A stretch of DNA of 64,000 nucleotides from an uncultured Acidobacteriota bacterium (GTDB taxonomy: Bacteria > Acidobacteriota > UBA6911), in assembly GCA_963827655.1 (NCBI GenBank), contig CAWHCF010000038.1:64001-128000 (forward strand), read 5' to 3'. The position numbers and the translations under genes were made by a program. The notes below the pieces were generated by a model. That model worked only from the letters and a program-made list of their open reading frames with translations. It was not told the DNA's origin and searched no databases. Shown one piece after another: positions 39,444 through 50,267 of this stretch. Positions within the stretch are counted from its first letter, which is position 1; every line of letters begins with the position of its first letter.

Positions 39444-41081
39444 ATGGTAGCGATTCTGATTCTCGTGTCTTGGGCCATTTCTCAGACCCGTGAATTCCGC
39501 TGCGACAAGGCATCGCTCCGATCCGCTTCCAGAATGTCGCCCGGAGCGCCGGGATCGATTTCATTCTCGAGAATAATCCGACTCCGCAAAAGCATGCTAT
39601 CGAGACCATGCCTGGCGGTGTCGCGGCCTTTGACTACGACGGTGACGGGCTCACCGACATCTATGTTACAAACGGGGCTGCGATCCCGTCGATGGAGAAG
39701 GATTCAGCAAAGTTCTATAACCGCCTCTACCGCAACAATGGCGGGATGAAATTTACTGACGTCACCGAGCAGGCGTCGGTAAGAGGTGCGGGCTATTCGA
39801 TGGGCGTTGCGGTGGCGGATTACAACAATGACGGCGACGTGGACATTTTCATCGCTGGAGTCAATCGCAACATTCTGTATCGAAATACCGGAAAGGGAGG
39901 GTTCGAAGACGCAACGGCGCAAGCTGCAATCCAGAGTCCCATGTGGTCGGTAGCGGCGGGCTGGTTCGACTATGACAACGATGGCTGGCTTGACCTGTTT
40001 ATTGTCAATTATGCCAAGTGGTCGCTGGCCTACGACCAGTTCTGCGGGGACAAGGAAAAAAACGTGCGAGTTTATTGCCACCCGAAGTATTTCGAGGGAT
40101 TGCCCAATACACTCTATCGTAATCGAGGCAACGGAACCTTCGAGGATGTTTCGAAAAGGGCCGGCATTCTGAAGCACGCCTCGAGGGGGATGAGTGTCGC
40201 TTTCGCGGATTATGACGAGGATGGCCACATCGACGCTTTTGTGACGAATGACAAGTTACCTAACTTTCTCTTCCGCAATCGCGGTAACGGGACCTTTGAG
40301 GAAACTGGACTGGCAGCGGGGGTCGCTCTCCTGGAGCACGGGAAGCCCGTATCCAGCATGGGCGTCGACTTCAGAGACTACGACAACGATGGCCTGCCGG
40401 ATATAAATGTCACGGCTCTTGCCAGTGAAACATTTCCGCTCTTCCATAATGATGGCGGGGGCTTCTTCACTGACAAAACATTTCTCAGCGGACTCGGCCC
40501 GCTGAGCGCCCCACGCAGCGGGTGGAGCAACGGATTGTTGACTTCAACAACGACGGCTGGAAAGACCTGTTTTCAGCCAACTCACATGTAAATGACCGAA
40601 TCGAACTTTTCGAAGCAACCGAGTACAAACAGCCCAACAGTGTTTTTGCCAACGTGGGAGCCGGAAAATTTCGGGACGTATCCAGGGAGGTCGGAGGCGG
40701 TTTCGAGGTTGCTAGAGCTCATCGGGGAAGCGCCTTTGCCGACTTTAACCGCGATGGTCGAATGGACGTCGTCGTCACGTCGCTCGGAGAGTCTGTGGAA
40801 CTCTGGGAAAACGTCAGCCCGAACGATAATCATTGGCTTTTTATCAAGCTGGTTGGAACCCGAAGCAACCGGGACGGCATTGGGACTCGGATCCGGATTG
40901 GAAGCCAGAGCAATCTCATGACTACGAGCGTCGGCTACGCCTCCTCGAGCCGACACGGCGTGCACTTTGGACTGGGGAACGTGCCGAAGATCGACAAGAT
41001 CGAAATACTCTGGCCCAGCGGCAAGGTTCAGGTTCTGAAGGATGTGGCTGCCAACCAGGTTTTGCAGGTTCAGGAAAATAG
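39444..41081 (+). CDS. CRTAC1 family protein, tandem paralog; frameshifts near 39500, 40540 and probably 41078
   Basis: ORFs 39608-40591 and 40522- are collinear with the 37696 gene (ETMPGGVA, VYCHP.YF, LLEHGKPVSSMGVDFRDYDNDG). Confidence 0.88.
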
Positions 41082-41089
41082 GGACGTCC

Positions 41090-42750
41090 CTAATTTTGAG
41101 CTGTGTTGGGTGCGGGAGCACTCACCGAGAAGCTGCCACGGACGGCAACCTTTGCGCGACCGATGCGGTCCTCGACTTCCACCTCGAGCCCATAGGAGCC
41201 GGGGGCCAGACCTTGCAGGTCTAACCTGTTGATCAAGACCGCGCGATCCTGAGAAGAGTATTGGACCGATTCGCCACCTTCATCCACAAACTCCTTTGCC
41301 GTGCGGCCGTCTCGCACAATCCGGTAGAGCACCCGGAGCGACGGCCGGAGAGTGGCCTGGTCCAGCTGCAGGTTGTAAATGTGGAAGTAGATTCCGAGGG
41401 GCCGATCCGGCTGAAACTGCCTGTCCACGCTCGGCCTGACCTTGACGTCCCCCAGCACGAACATGGGGTTCCCTTCCGGAACCTGCTTCAGGAACTGGAT
41501 ATACTCCGCCACGATCAACGAGCTGGCGGCAAGCTTCCCCGGCTGATGCGGCGGAGGGAAGATTCCGGTTCGAACGACTCCCAGGTTGGTCCCGTTCAGG
41601 TCTTTGACCACCAGATCCAGCTTGTAGCGGCTCATCCGCTCCAGGACGAGATTTTTCTGGTAGAGCGAGGATTTCCTCAGGCCTTGTTCGAGCAAGAGGG
41701 GCTTGTAGGAGATGAAAAAATCGTCCTCGAATTCCGTTACGACTTGATTCGCAAGCGTGGAAACGATTCCATACACCGCCACTCGCGCGACCCGGTTTCC
41801 CCCTTCCTCTTTGAAGGTCAAGTCTTGATTCTTGATCTGAAGGGTGACGGGAACCAGCACCTGATTTTCACTCAAGGCGAAGCAGTCATCCCTTACCTGG
41901 AAAGGAAGGCTGGTGTAGCTTACGTTGACCTTCACCAGTTCCTTCAGGTCCTGGTATTTGATGGGCGTCGGTTGTTGTACTTTGGCGAGAGTTTCATACC
42001 TGGCGAATGGATTGTCCCTCGCCCGCTGGTACTCCGAGTAGTAGGGATAGCTCGAGCGGTTCGCCGGGTTGAAGGCCGGGCGGTCTTTTTTTTCAGCGGC
42101 GCCAATCAGCTCCGCGAATGTAGCCCCTCCTGGAACGTGAAGAAAGGCGTCCTTTTCGTCCGGACTCAACGCCAACCGGTATTCATCCGTAAAGGTGGGA
42201 TCTACGAATTCGAGCTCGATGTCGTTTCCAAGCCCTTCAATGTGCCGGTAACGCCATCGTTCCCACGGGAAAGTCCCGGTGATGCCGCCTCCTTCGTTAG
42301 GCCGTCTCTTGTAGGGACCCCCGGATGGGGCAGCGTCAACCTCATCCGGAGCACCGTGAATGATGTAGATCCGGCCTCGGTCGGTTTTCCAGCCGGCCTG
42401 GGCGCTTCGGTAATGCTGGTTTGCGTAAGCAATCCTTCGATAGTGCTCCTCTTTGAATTCATTGCCCGGCGTGCGCGGATCCGGATCGCGGCGGCGCCAG
42501 AACTGTTCGATGAAGTTCTCTTTCTCTTCCAGCGAGGTCAGGTCTTCGAAGACTTTCTTCTCTTCGTCGGCGATGATGTAGACGACATCCTGCTTCAGCC
42601 ACTTCTCGAAATAATCCTTCCCTTGTTCAGGGTTCTTGCCGGCGTTTCACCTTTACTCTTCCCTTGAGCCACCAGCGGCGACGGTGAACACAATGCGATC
42701 AAGAGGAACGCAAGCAGAGAACCAGGGGGAAGCGACCTGACGAATGCCAT
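41090..42750 (-). CDS. GWxTD domain protein, secreted; frameshift near 42635
   Basis: Frame of ORF 41090-42175 extends upstream through KWLKQDVVYII, FWRRRDP, EHYRRIAYAN, GWKTDRGRIY; signal peptide from ATG 42750 lies in another frame. Confidence 0.9.
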
Positions 42751-42797
42751 GTCTATACCAAAAGCACGGGCGCAGAGCTCGATCGTCGACCCTGCGC

Positions 42798-45700
42798 CTA
42801 GAATTCCAATCGCAACGCGAACCGGATCTGGCGCGCATCGTCAAAGGCGCCGTTGAACGAAAGGAAGTTCCCTGACGTGATGTTGTTAACCGGAGCTCCG
42901 AAGTGAGGTGTATTGGTAAGATTGAACACCTCGGTACGAAACTCCAGATTAACTTCTTCCCTGAGTCGAAATCTGCGAAAGAGGCTGAAGTCCAGATTTG
43001 CCTGACCAGGCCCGATGAACTGATTCCGGTTGGTATTGCCGAAACGCACCTCGGTTGGCTGGCGAAAAGCGGTGGGATCCATCCAGGGTTGGCCCGGTCC
43101 CCTTCCTCCCAGCTTTTCGACACTTTCCTTCACCTGGTCCGCTGTCTGCGTGCTGGCGGGGGCATTGAGTGAGGCTCCGGAAGCCGTAACCGTAAAGGGC
43201 CGGCCGCTGAAAGAGCTGACCACGCCATTGACCTGCCAGTCCCCGAGGATCGCTCGCGCAGCCCCGGTTTGCGCAAACTGTTTGTTGGGACCGAAAGGCA
43301 GCTCATAGACAAACCCCATCTGAAAGATATGCCGGACGTCGTAGCCGGCGTTTGCGCGATTCTTCTGAAGGAAGCCCGGCGCATTGATTGTCAGGCTCGC
43401 CCAGCCATCCTCGTCGGTCATATTGATGGCATGGGACCAGGTGTAGGCGCCCTTGATGAACAATCCACGCTTGAACGGGCCGGTTGATGGCTGCCTGCAA
43501 GGCATGGTAATTGGCGCTCAGCCAACCGTTCAGCCGATTGGTAGAAGCCGTGCGCCCGAATTGCGCAAAGAAAGGCCGCCCGGTGTTGCCGCCTCCGACT
43601 GGAGCCGCATTCAACTCTTCATCCGCCATTTGGCGGACGGTCTGGGTTCCCACATAACCCACATCAACGATGAAATCCTGCGGCATTTTCCGTTGCAGAA
43701 ACAGATTCCAGGACTGGATGTAGCCGCGCGAGAAGTCTCCCTCGAACACGGTTCTCATCAGTGCCGTCGGCGGCAGCGGAGCGCGACCCTTGCTCAGGTC
43801 CGGTGTATCGAGCGGCGGAATCCCCGCGGTATCCAATGGTCCGAATGGCTGAAACACGTTTGCTCCCTCGAACGCCTGGGATATCACGATGGGGTAGAAG
43901 CCGCGCAAAGGTCGCGAGAGATTGATGGGATCCCAGCTTATTCCGTAACCGCTCCGGATCACGGTGCTATCGTTCAGCTCATAAGCGATTCCGACACGAG
44001 GAGCAAAGTTCATCTTGGACCACTCGGCCCCGAGATTCTTCGGCAAACCAGCATACCCTCCGAAGAGTACTTCCATCGTCTGCAAATCCAGCCGCTCAAT
44101 CCCTCGATCGTCGGCTCTGCTGCCCAGCGGAAACATCTCGTATCGCAGACCCAGCGTGATGTTCAGTTTGGGGGTTACATGCCAGCGGTCGCGGATGTAC
44201 CAGCCGAACTGCCATTCGTTAAACGTCTGTTGCACGTACTGCAGGCTCTTGGCCGATGTTGAGGGCAGCCCCAGGAGAAAGCCGCCAAAGGCATTGAATC
44301 GATCGGAGGCAGGACCTCCCCGCAGCGCGGTGACGGTATCGCTGAACGAGAAACCTCCCCGCGGCCCCTGACCGATTTCGGGCTGCCACTGATTGAGTTC
44401 AAAGCGAACTACATCAAAACCCCAGCGAATGTCGTGATTGCCTCGAATATTGTTGGCGTTGATTTTTCCGCTGTAGTTCTGGTCGTCAAAATAGAAGGGA
44501 GCCCAGTTGGGACTGCCTCCGAACTGGGTATATCCAGTCACAGTAAAAATAGGCGCGCCGCCCTGGCGTGGATCCGTTCCGTTGGTGCCGGGAATGCCGA
44601 GTACATCCAGACCGATGTTCTTTTCGATGCCCAATGGCACGCCGTCCTGGTCCTGGCGAGTCCACCCAAAGCTACCGTCCACGATGAAAGTGTGACTGGC
44701 GGTGAAATTCGTGCCGAACGTGCCAGACTGGACGTAAGCTCTGCCCCTGCCAGGCAAGGCGCTCTCGGCGAAACCTGCTACCCCCGAGCAAGGGCCGCCA
44801 CCCTCGCCGAAAACCGGCGGGCAGTCGGTCCTTGCCCACATGGCGCTGTATTTGCCCCAGAGACGATATTTCTGCGCCTGCTTGTCGATTTTCAGGTCAA
44901 AGTTGTGCCGATCCAGCTCGCGGCTGAACTCCCGGAACAGGTTCTCAGACGATCCGGACAGATTGGGAGCAGGCAGAAAGGAGAGCATTTTCGAGGCCGC
45001 GGGGCTGAACCGCGACGAGGGGATGATGTTGTTCGCGAAAGCTGTGCGCCCCGAGCCGTCGGGATTTCCTGTCAATGGGTCAAAGATCGTCGTGCCTGTT
45101 CTGCTGAAATCCCCCGCGCGAATATCGGCCGTCGGAACTGTGAACAACCCGGCCATGTTTCTTCGTTCGGCCAGATACTCCCAGGACGCAAAGTAGAATA
45201 GCTTGTCTTGGGAAATCGGCCCGCCAATGGTCGCGCCGACGATGTTGCGAACATGTTTGGGTTCCTTTTCCTGTGGAACGAAAAAGTTCCGGGCGCGAAA
45301 CAGATTGTTTTCATTGTAGCCGAATGCCGAACCGTGGACCTCGTTGGTTCCTGACTTGGTCACGAGAGTCATGATCGCTCCCCCCGTGAGCCCCTGGTCG
45401 GCGTCGAAACTGGCGGTCGAAATGCTGACTTCCTCGACAGACTCGCTGGGCGGAACATACGCCGTATGATGAGGAAGCCACACGAACACGTTGGAGGCTC
45501 CGTCGACGATGGTCCGGTTGTTGTTGCGGTTGGTGCCGTTGACATTGGTCGTCAGTCCGCGCGCCGGGGTGGAATCGACCGAGTTCTGGAAAAGCGCCGG
45601 CGTGGCTCCCGGGACCAGATTGATCAGGCTCTGGTAGTTCTTGTAGTTGGACAGCGGCAGGTTCTTGACTTCCTTGTCATCGAGAACGGTACTTACATCA

Positions 45701-46122
45701 CTCTTCTCTGTTTGAAGCGTGACGGCCGCCGCCTCGACGGTTACCTGTTCGGTGAGCCCCCCGACCTCGACGCTGAGGTCTACCCGGGTCACGATGTTCG
45801 CCCTTATCTCGACGCCCGTTTGACGAGCCTCCTTGAAGCCTGTCAGCCTGACGGTCAGGGTATACCTTCCACTCTGGAGAGTGGCGAAGGTGTACCGGCC
45901 GGCGTCATTGGTGATTGCCTCGCGAGCGTCGTTGGTCTGCTCGTTCAGAGCGGTCACGGCCGCTCCTGGAACAGCGCCACCCGAGCTGTCGCTTACGTTA
46001 CCGGTGAGTCCGCCGTAAAGAACCTGGGCCTGTGCAGTTTCTTGAGTAACCCAGGTCAGCAAGAGAAGAGACAGACCGGACACCAAAAGCGCTGTGGACG
46101 ATTTCTTGATCAGGTAGAGCAT
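42798..46122 (-). CDS. TonB-dependent receptor (Oar-like, N-terminal carboxypeptidase-regulatory-like domain); frameshift near 43470
   Basis: Signal peptide; G.V.DSSG..VPGA.VT, TKSGTN..HGS, LGLRYE, NFAPRVG.AY, terminal RQIRFALRLEF. Confidence 0.92.
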
Positions 46123-46741
46123 GGCTCCTCCGCTTCACCATCCAAGAGTCGACGAGGTTTTTATGCTTGTGTGAAAGACTGGTTGTGGCATCGTACGGCT
46201 CCTTCAGCAACCGGTGTCGGTCCTGAAAGTCCACTGTGTAGACGGCCGCTAACCCACTACCTAGGGTGGCCTAGGATTGCGCATCATTAGTGAATCTGTC
46301 AAATGAATAACTATCGAAAATAAGGGGCGTCTCCTATTTTTATCGTTGGTGGCCATCGATTGGATGGCCATTCAGATAGTCGCTGGCATGAACGAAGGCT
46401 TGTCTCGCGGTCTCTGGAGAAGCGGGGCCGTTTGTTTGTCAAAGCCGCTGAATTGGTCGTCGCTGCTTTGTCCTTCCAGGACACAGTCTGTGATTTGGCT
46501 GTTTCGCGGATGCCGACATACAGACCTAAAGCCATGTCTGTCGAACAGGCTGGTGAGCCGGTTCATCCGCAGTAGCGCCCGTCGCGGCGCTCCGCACCTC
46601 AAGATGTTTAAACTCCATCCATTGTTCCTCCGGGGCAAAGCGCGGACAAAGCTGAGTCGCACTTCTAATCGCACTCCAGGAAGAAGACGGCGCAGCACAG
46701 AGCTAACCCATAGAATGGTCAGCGGTCAGAGTGCCGAATGA

Positions 46742-48253
46742 TCAAGGCGGGGTGATTGTAGCCTCTTTTTCGAGCTGCTCTCTCTCAAGCTGGAGGGTCT
46801 TCTGGATCTCCTGGTATTTCTGGAGCATCTGACCCGCTAGCTCGCGCTGGCCAGTGCTGCGGTAGGCTTGAGCCAGCTGGTAGAGCAGACTTCCATCATT
46901 GTCCAAAACCAGAGCTGATTTCAGATGAGGAATGGCCTTGGCGGCCTCCCCGAGGGTAAGGAAGGCCCGCCCCAGAGAAGAATGCGCCGGCGGGAAAGTC
47001 AGGATCATACTCCACAGCCTTCTTCAAAAAAGGAACGGCTTCACCGGGCCGCTGTTGATTCAACAGGATGTCCCCTGCCAGGTAGTTCACTTGGGCCGAA
47101 TTGGGCTCTTCCGTCAGAAGGCTGTCCACCAGCGGTTTGGCGGCATCATAGTCGTGAGTCAGGATCAATGAAACGGCCAGTTCCTTCCTGGCGTGGGGTT
47201 CCCGGGAGAGATTTCGAGCGCCTTCTTCCATTCATTAACCGACTCCACGTGCCGTCCCTGATTTCGATGGATTTCGGCCATCACCTCATGCATTTCGAAA
47301 GAAGGGGGGAGTTTAGCCAGCCTCGAGAGAGCGTCGAGCGCAAGCGCATTATAGATCTGTGATCGCCAATAATACGATTCAGGCGTCTGCTTGTTCTTGA
47401 CGGCGTCCAGGGCTTCCCGAAAGCGGCCTGCCAGGAAATCACAGACTACCTTCTCGGAATTGCAATCCGGCAATCCGAGCTGCATTTCCTTTTCTTCCTC
47501 CTGCGTTGCCCATTCGGCGTGGCCCGTCCTTCGGTAAATCTGGCTCAGGGCCATATGGATCCCCCGCATTTTCGGCTGTTTCTCGAGAGCCTTGCGGTAA
47601 AAAAAGAAGGCGCTGCGATACTGCTGTTGTACCGCCCGCGTGTCGGCCACCAAGGCAAGCCAGTAAGCCGATTCGGGAGCGATTTTCTCGAGCCTCTCAA
47701 AAGCTCTTCCCGCCAGTGCCTCGTAAGATCTTCCCAGGCCGTGCCAGGCCTTGGGGTTTTCGGCCTCGAGCTTCGTCAGAGCGTCATACTGCTCAGCAGC
47801 CTGCTCGAACCTTTCCACGGCGAACAGGGCATCCCCGAGCAATTGCCGTCCCCTTGGATCCTTCCCATCCTTTCCAACATACTTCTGCAAGGACGGAACC
47901 GCTCGGGCTGGATTTCCCAGCCTTTGTTCACTTGCCCCAAGAAACAGAAACGCCTGCGTCATCTCCGGATTTGCTTTTACGGCCGCCTCGAGGTGCCGGA
48001 TCGAGTCCCGGTATTGACCTGCCATGTAGTGGGCGATTCCCAGGTTCATCCTCAATCCCGCTTCACCGGGCAAGACTTTGATCAGCTCCTGGTAGATGGA
48101 AATCGCCTCTTTATACTTGCCCGCGCTCATTGCCTCGCGAGCCCGTTGCGACTTTGCCGCCAGCTCATCGGACTGCCCGACTGCCCAGGCGCCATTTGAA
48201 AGCAGAAGGGCGCAGACCAGGAGAAACGGCGAGAGGAGCTTTCTTTCACTCAT
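46742..48253 (-). CDS. Secreted TPR protein; frameshifts near 47190 and 46985
   Basis: Three overlapping ORFs with TPR helices; signal peptide. Confidence 0.82.
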
Positions 48254-48299
48254 GACGCGTCAGTATACGCGGTTCAATGAAATAACCCTGGTTGCAAGG

Positions 48300-50177
48300 C
48301 TATTCGCCGGGGAGGGTAAAGGCGATCAGAGCGTCGGCAAAGGTGTTTTGGTATCGGTTTCCACCACCGGCGGCAATCACGACATATTGCTTGCGGGTCT
48401 TGCGGCCCAGATACGTTACCGGAACGGCGTGAGCGCTGCCATCGATCTTGGTCACCCACAATTCTTTGCCGGTATCCTTGTCGAAAGCCCGAAATCGGCT
48501 GTCGTTGCTGTAACCAATGAAGACCAGCCCGCCGCTGGTGACGATACCCCCACCGATCCCGGGTGCGCCGGTGTTGGTTATTCCTTTCTGGGCCAGAGAT
48601 TCGACAATTCCAAGGGGTTTCTGCCAGACGATGGACCCTTTGTTGAGATCGATGGCCGTCAGCGTGCCCCAGGGGGGCGTCTGCAGCGGGATGCCTGTCT
48701 CGTAATCCCACAACCAGGCGGTTCTGAGAAATCCTCCTCCGGTCATTCGATACGCTGGAAAGGACTGCTCCGTAGGCACCATCTTCATGACCATTCCCAG
48801 GTTGGAAGAGCTGACAAAATAGAGGCTCGAGGTTGGGTCGTAGCACCCCCCTCCCCAGTCGGCTCCTCCGTTGTTTCCCGGAAAGACCATGACACCCTTT
48901 TCACTGGGCGCAGAGAACACGCCGCCGGCGTCGTATTCGCGAAAGATTTTCTCGGCGAACTTACGATGTTCGGGCGAGACATCGGCGATTTCGTCCGGTC
49001 GGATCGAAGTGCGCGCGAAAGCGGGTGGCGCGGAGGGAAACGGCTGTGTGGGCGAGAGCTTTTCTCCGGGCACGGTGCTCTGTTGCACCGGCCGCTCTTC
49101 GACTTCGAATAGAGGTTTCCCCGTCTCACGGTGGAGGAGAAAAAGAAATCCTTGCTTGGTCACCTGGGCGACGGCGGGGATGTCGCGCCCATCACGGCGG
49201 ACCGTGATCAGATTCGGCTGTGCGGCTATATCGTAGTCCCAGACGTCGTGGTGCGAGAACTGGAAATCCCAGATCAATTCCCCGGTCTTGGCTTTCAGGG
49301 CCAGCAGCGAATTGCTCCAGCGATTGGCGCCATGCCGATCACCGCCGTAATAGTCATAAATCGGCGAGTCGGTTGGAACGAAGAGCATTCCGCGATCCCG
49401 GTCGAGGCTCATGATGGTCCAGCACAGGGAACCACCCTGTCGCTTCGACGAATCGCCGCCCCAGGTCTCGTGACCCGGTTCTCCTGACCGGGGAGCCTTG
49501 AATCTCTCCCAGATTAATTTGCCCGTATGAACATCGTAGGCCCGCAGGTAGGGAATGATGCCCCCGACAATCACCAGATCTTCATAGATCGTGGGGGGAG
49601 AGGCTATGTTGCGCATCCAGTCGGACGGACGCGGATCCGGCATCCCGATCGATCCGTGACGCACTCTTCCACCCTCGCCAAAACCCGGGACCGGCTTTCC
49701 CGTTCGCGCGTCGAGACACCAGAGGTCGCCATCGAGAGTGCCTGAAAACACCCGGCGGTCCTCTCCTTTCTTCCACACGGCCAGCCCTCTGTGGGCCCAC
49801 ATGTTTCTCCGTGTCATCCGATCCAGTTTCGGATCGAACGACCAGAATTCCTTGCCGGTCTCGGGATCCAGGGCGACAACTCTGCAAAACGGCGTCGTTA
49901 TGTACATGACCCCGTCCAGCACGATCGGAGTGCACTCGAACGCCGACTTTGTGGGGTAGTTCTTCCCGTCGCTCATTTCGCCGGTATGAAAGGTCCATGC
50001 TCGACGCAAGCCGCCGACGTTGGTCTTGTCTATTTGCTTCAGGGGTGAATAACGCTGTCCCCCCTCGTCGCCGCCCCAGGAGGGCCAGTCGTAGACCATT
50101 GAGTTTGGCGTTTCGGCCGGTTTGAAGTACGAAGGACTGATTGCAACCGAGACGAGAATCAGTATCAGCTTCCGCAT
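48300..50177 (-). CDS. PQQ-dependent dehydrogenase (quinoprotein glucose dehydrogenase-like, no membrane anchor)
   Basis: RYSPL.QI, ECTPIV.DG, HHDVWDYD, EERPV, GGADWGG, PPWGTL.AIDL..G...W; signal peptide. Confidence 0.92.
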   Translation of the reverse strand: MRKLILILVSVAISPSYFKPAETPNSMVYDWPSWGGDEGGQRYSPLKQIDKTNVGGLRRAWTFHTGEMSDGKNYPTKSAFECTPIVLDGVMYITTPFCRVVALDPETGKEFWSFDPKLDRMTRRNMWAHRGLAVWKKGEDRRVFSGTLDGDLWCLDARTGKPVPGFGEGGRVRHGSIGMPDPRPSDWMRNIASPPTIYEDLVIVGGIIPYLRAYDVHTGKLIWERFKAPRSGEPGHETWGGDSSKRQGGSLCWTIMSLDRDRGMLFVPTDSPIYDYYGGDRHGANRWSNSLLALKAKTGELIWDFQFSHHDVWDYDIAAQPNLITVRRDGRDIPAVAQVTKQGFLFLLHRETGKPLFEVEERPVQQSTVPGEKLSPTQPFPSAPPAFARTSIRPDEIADVSPEHRKFAEKIFREYDAGGVFSAPSEKGVMVFPGNNGGADWGGGCYDPTSSLYFVSSSNLGMVMKMVPTEQSFPAYRMTGGGFLRTAWLWDYETGIPLQTPPWGTLTAIDLNKGSIVWQKPLGIVESLAQKGITNTGAPGIGGGIVTSGGLVFIGYSNDSRFRAFDKDTGKELWVTKIDGSAHAVPVTYLGRKTRKQYVVIAAGGGNRYQNTFADALIAFTLPGE

Positions 50178-50192
50178 CGACTACTCTCGAAA

Positions 50193-50236
50193 CCTCGCGT
50201 CATTGGGTCTTCGCGGTTGGTCGCCGCAGGACGCAA
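50193..50236. repeat. Degenerate inverted pair of octamer-array repeats
   Basis: Reverse strand reads CAACC-GCGAAGAC-CCAATGAC-GCGAGG; forward TCGCCGCAGGACGCAA. Confidence 0.6.
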
Positions 50237-50267
50237 TTGTGAATGGACGTTTCATTAGATCCACGTT

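Noticed and set aside
46266-46282. Sigma54 promoter TGGC...TTGC
   Set aside because: GG-to-GC spacing is 9 nt, not the required 10.
49230-49260. WDYD as a lanthanide-dependence signature in the PQQ enzymes
   Set aside because: HHDxWDxD is general in the glucose dehydrogenase-type family, so the XoxF rule cannot be transferred.
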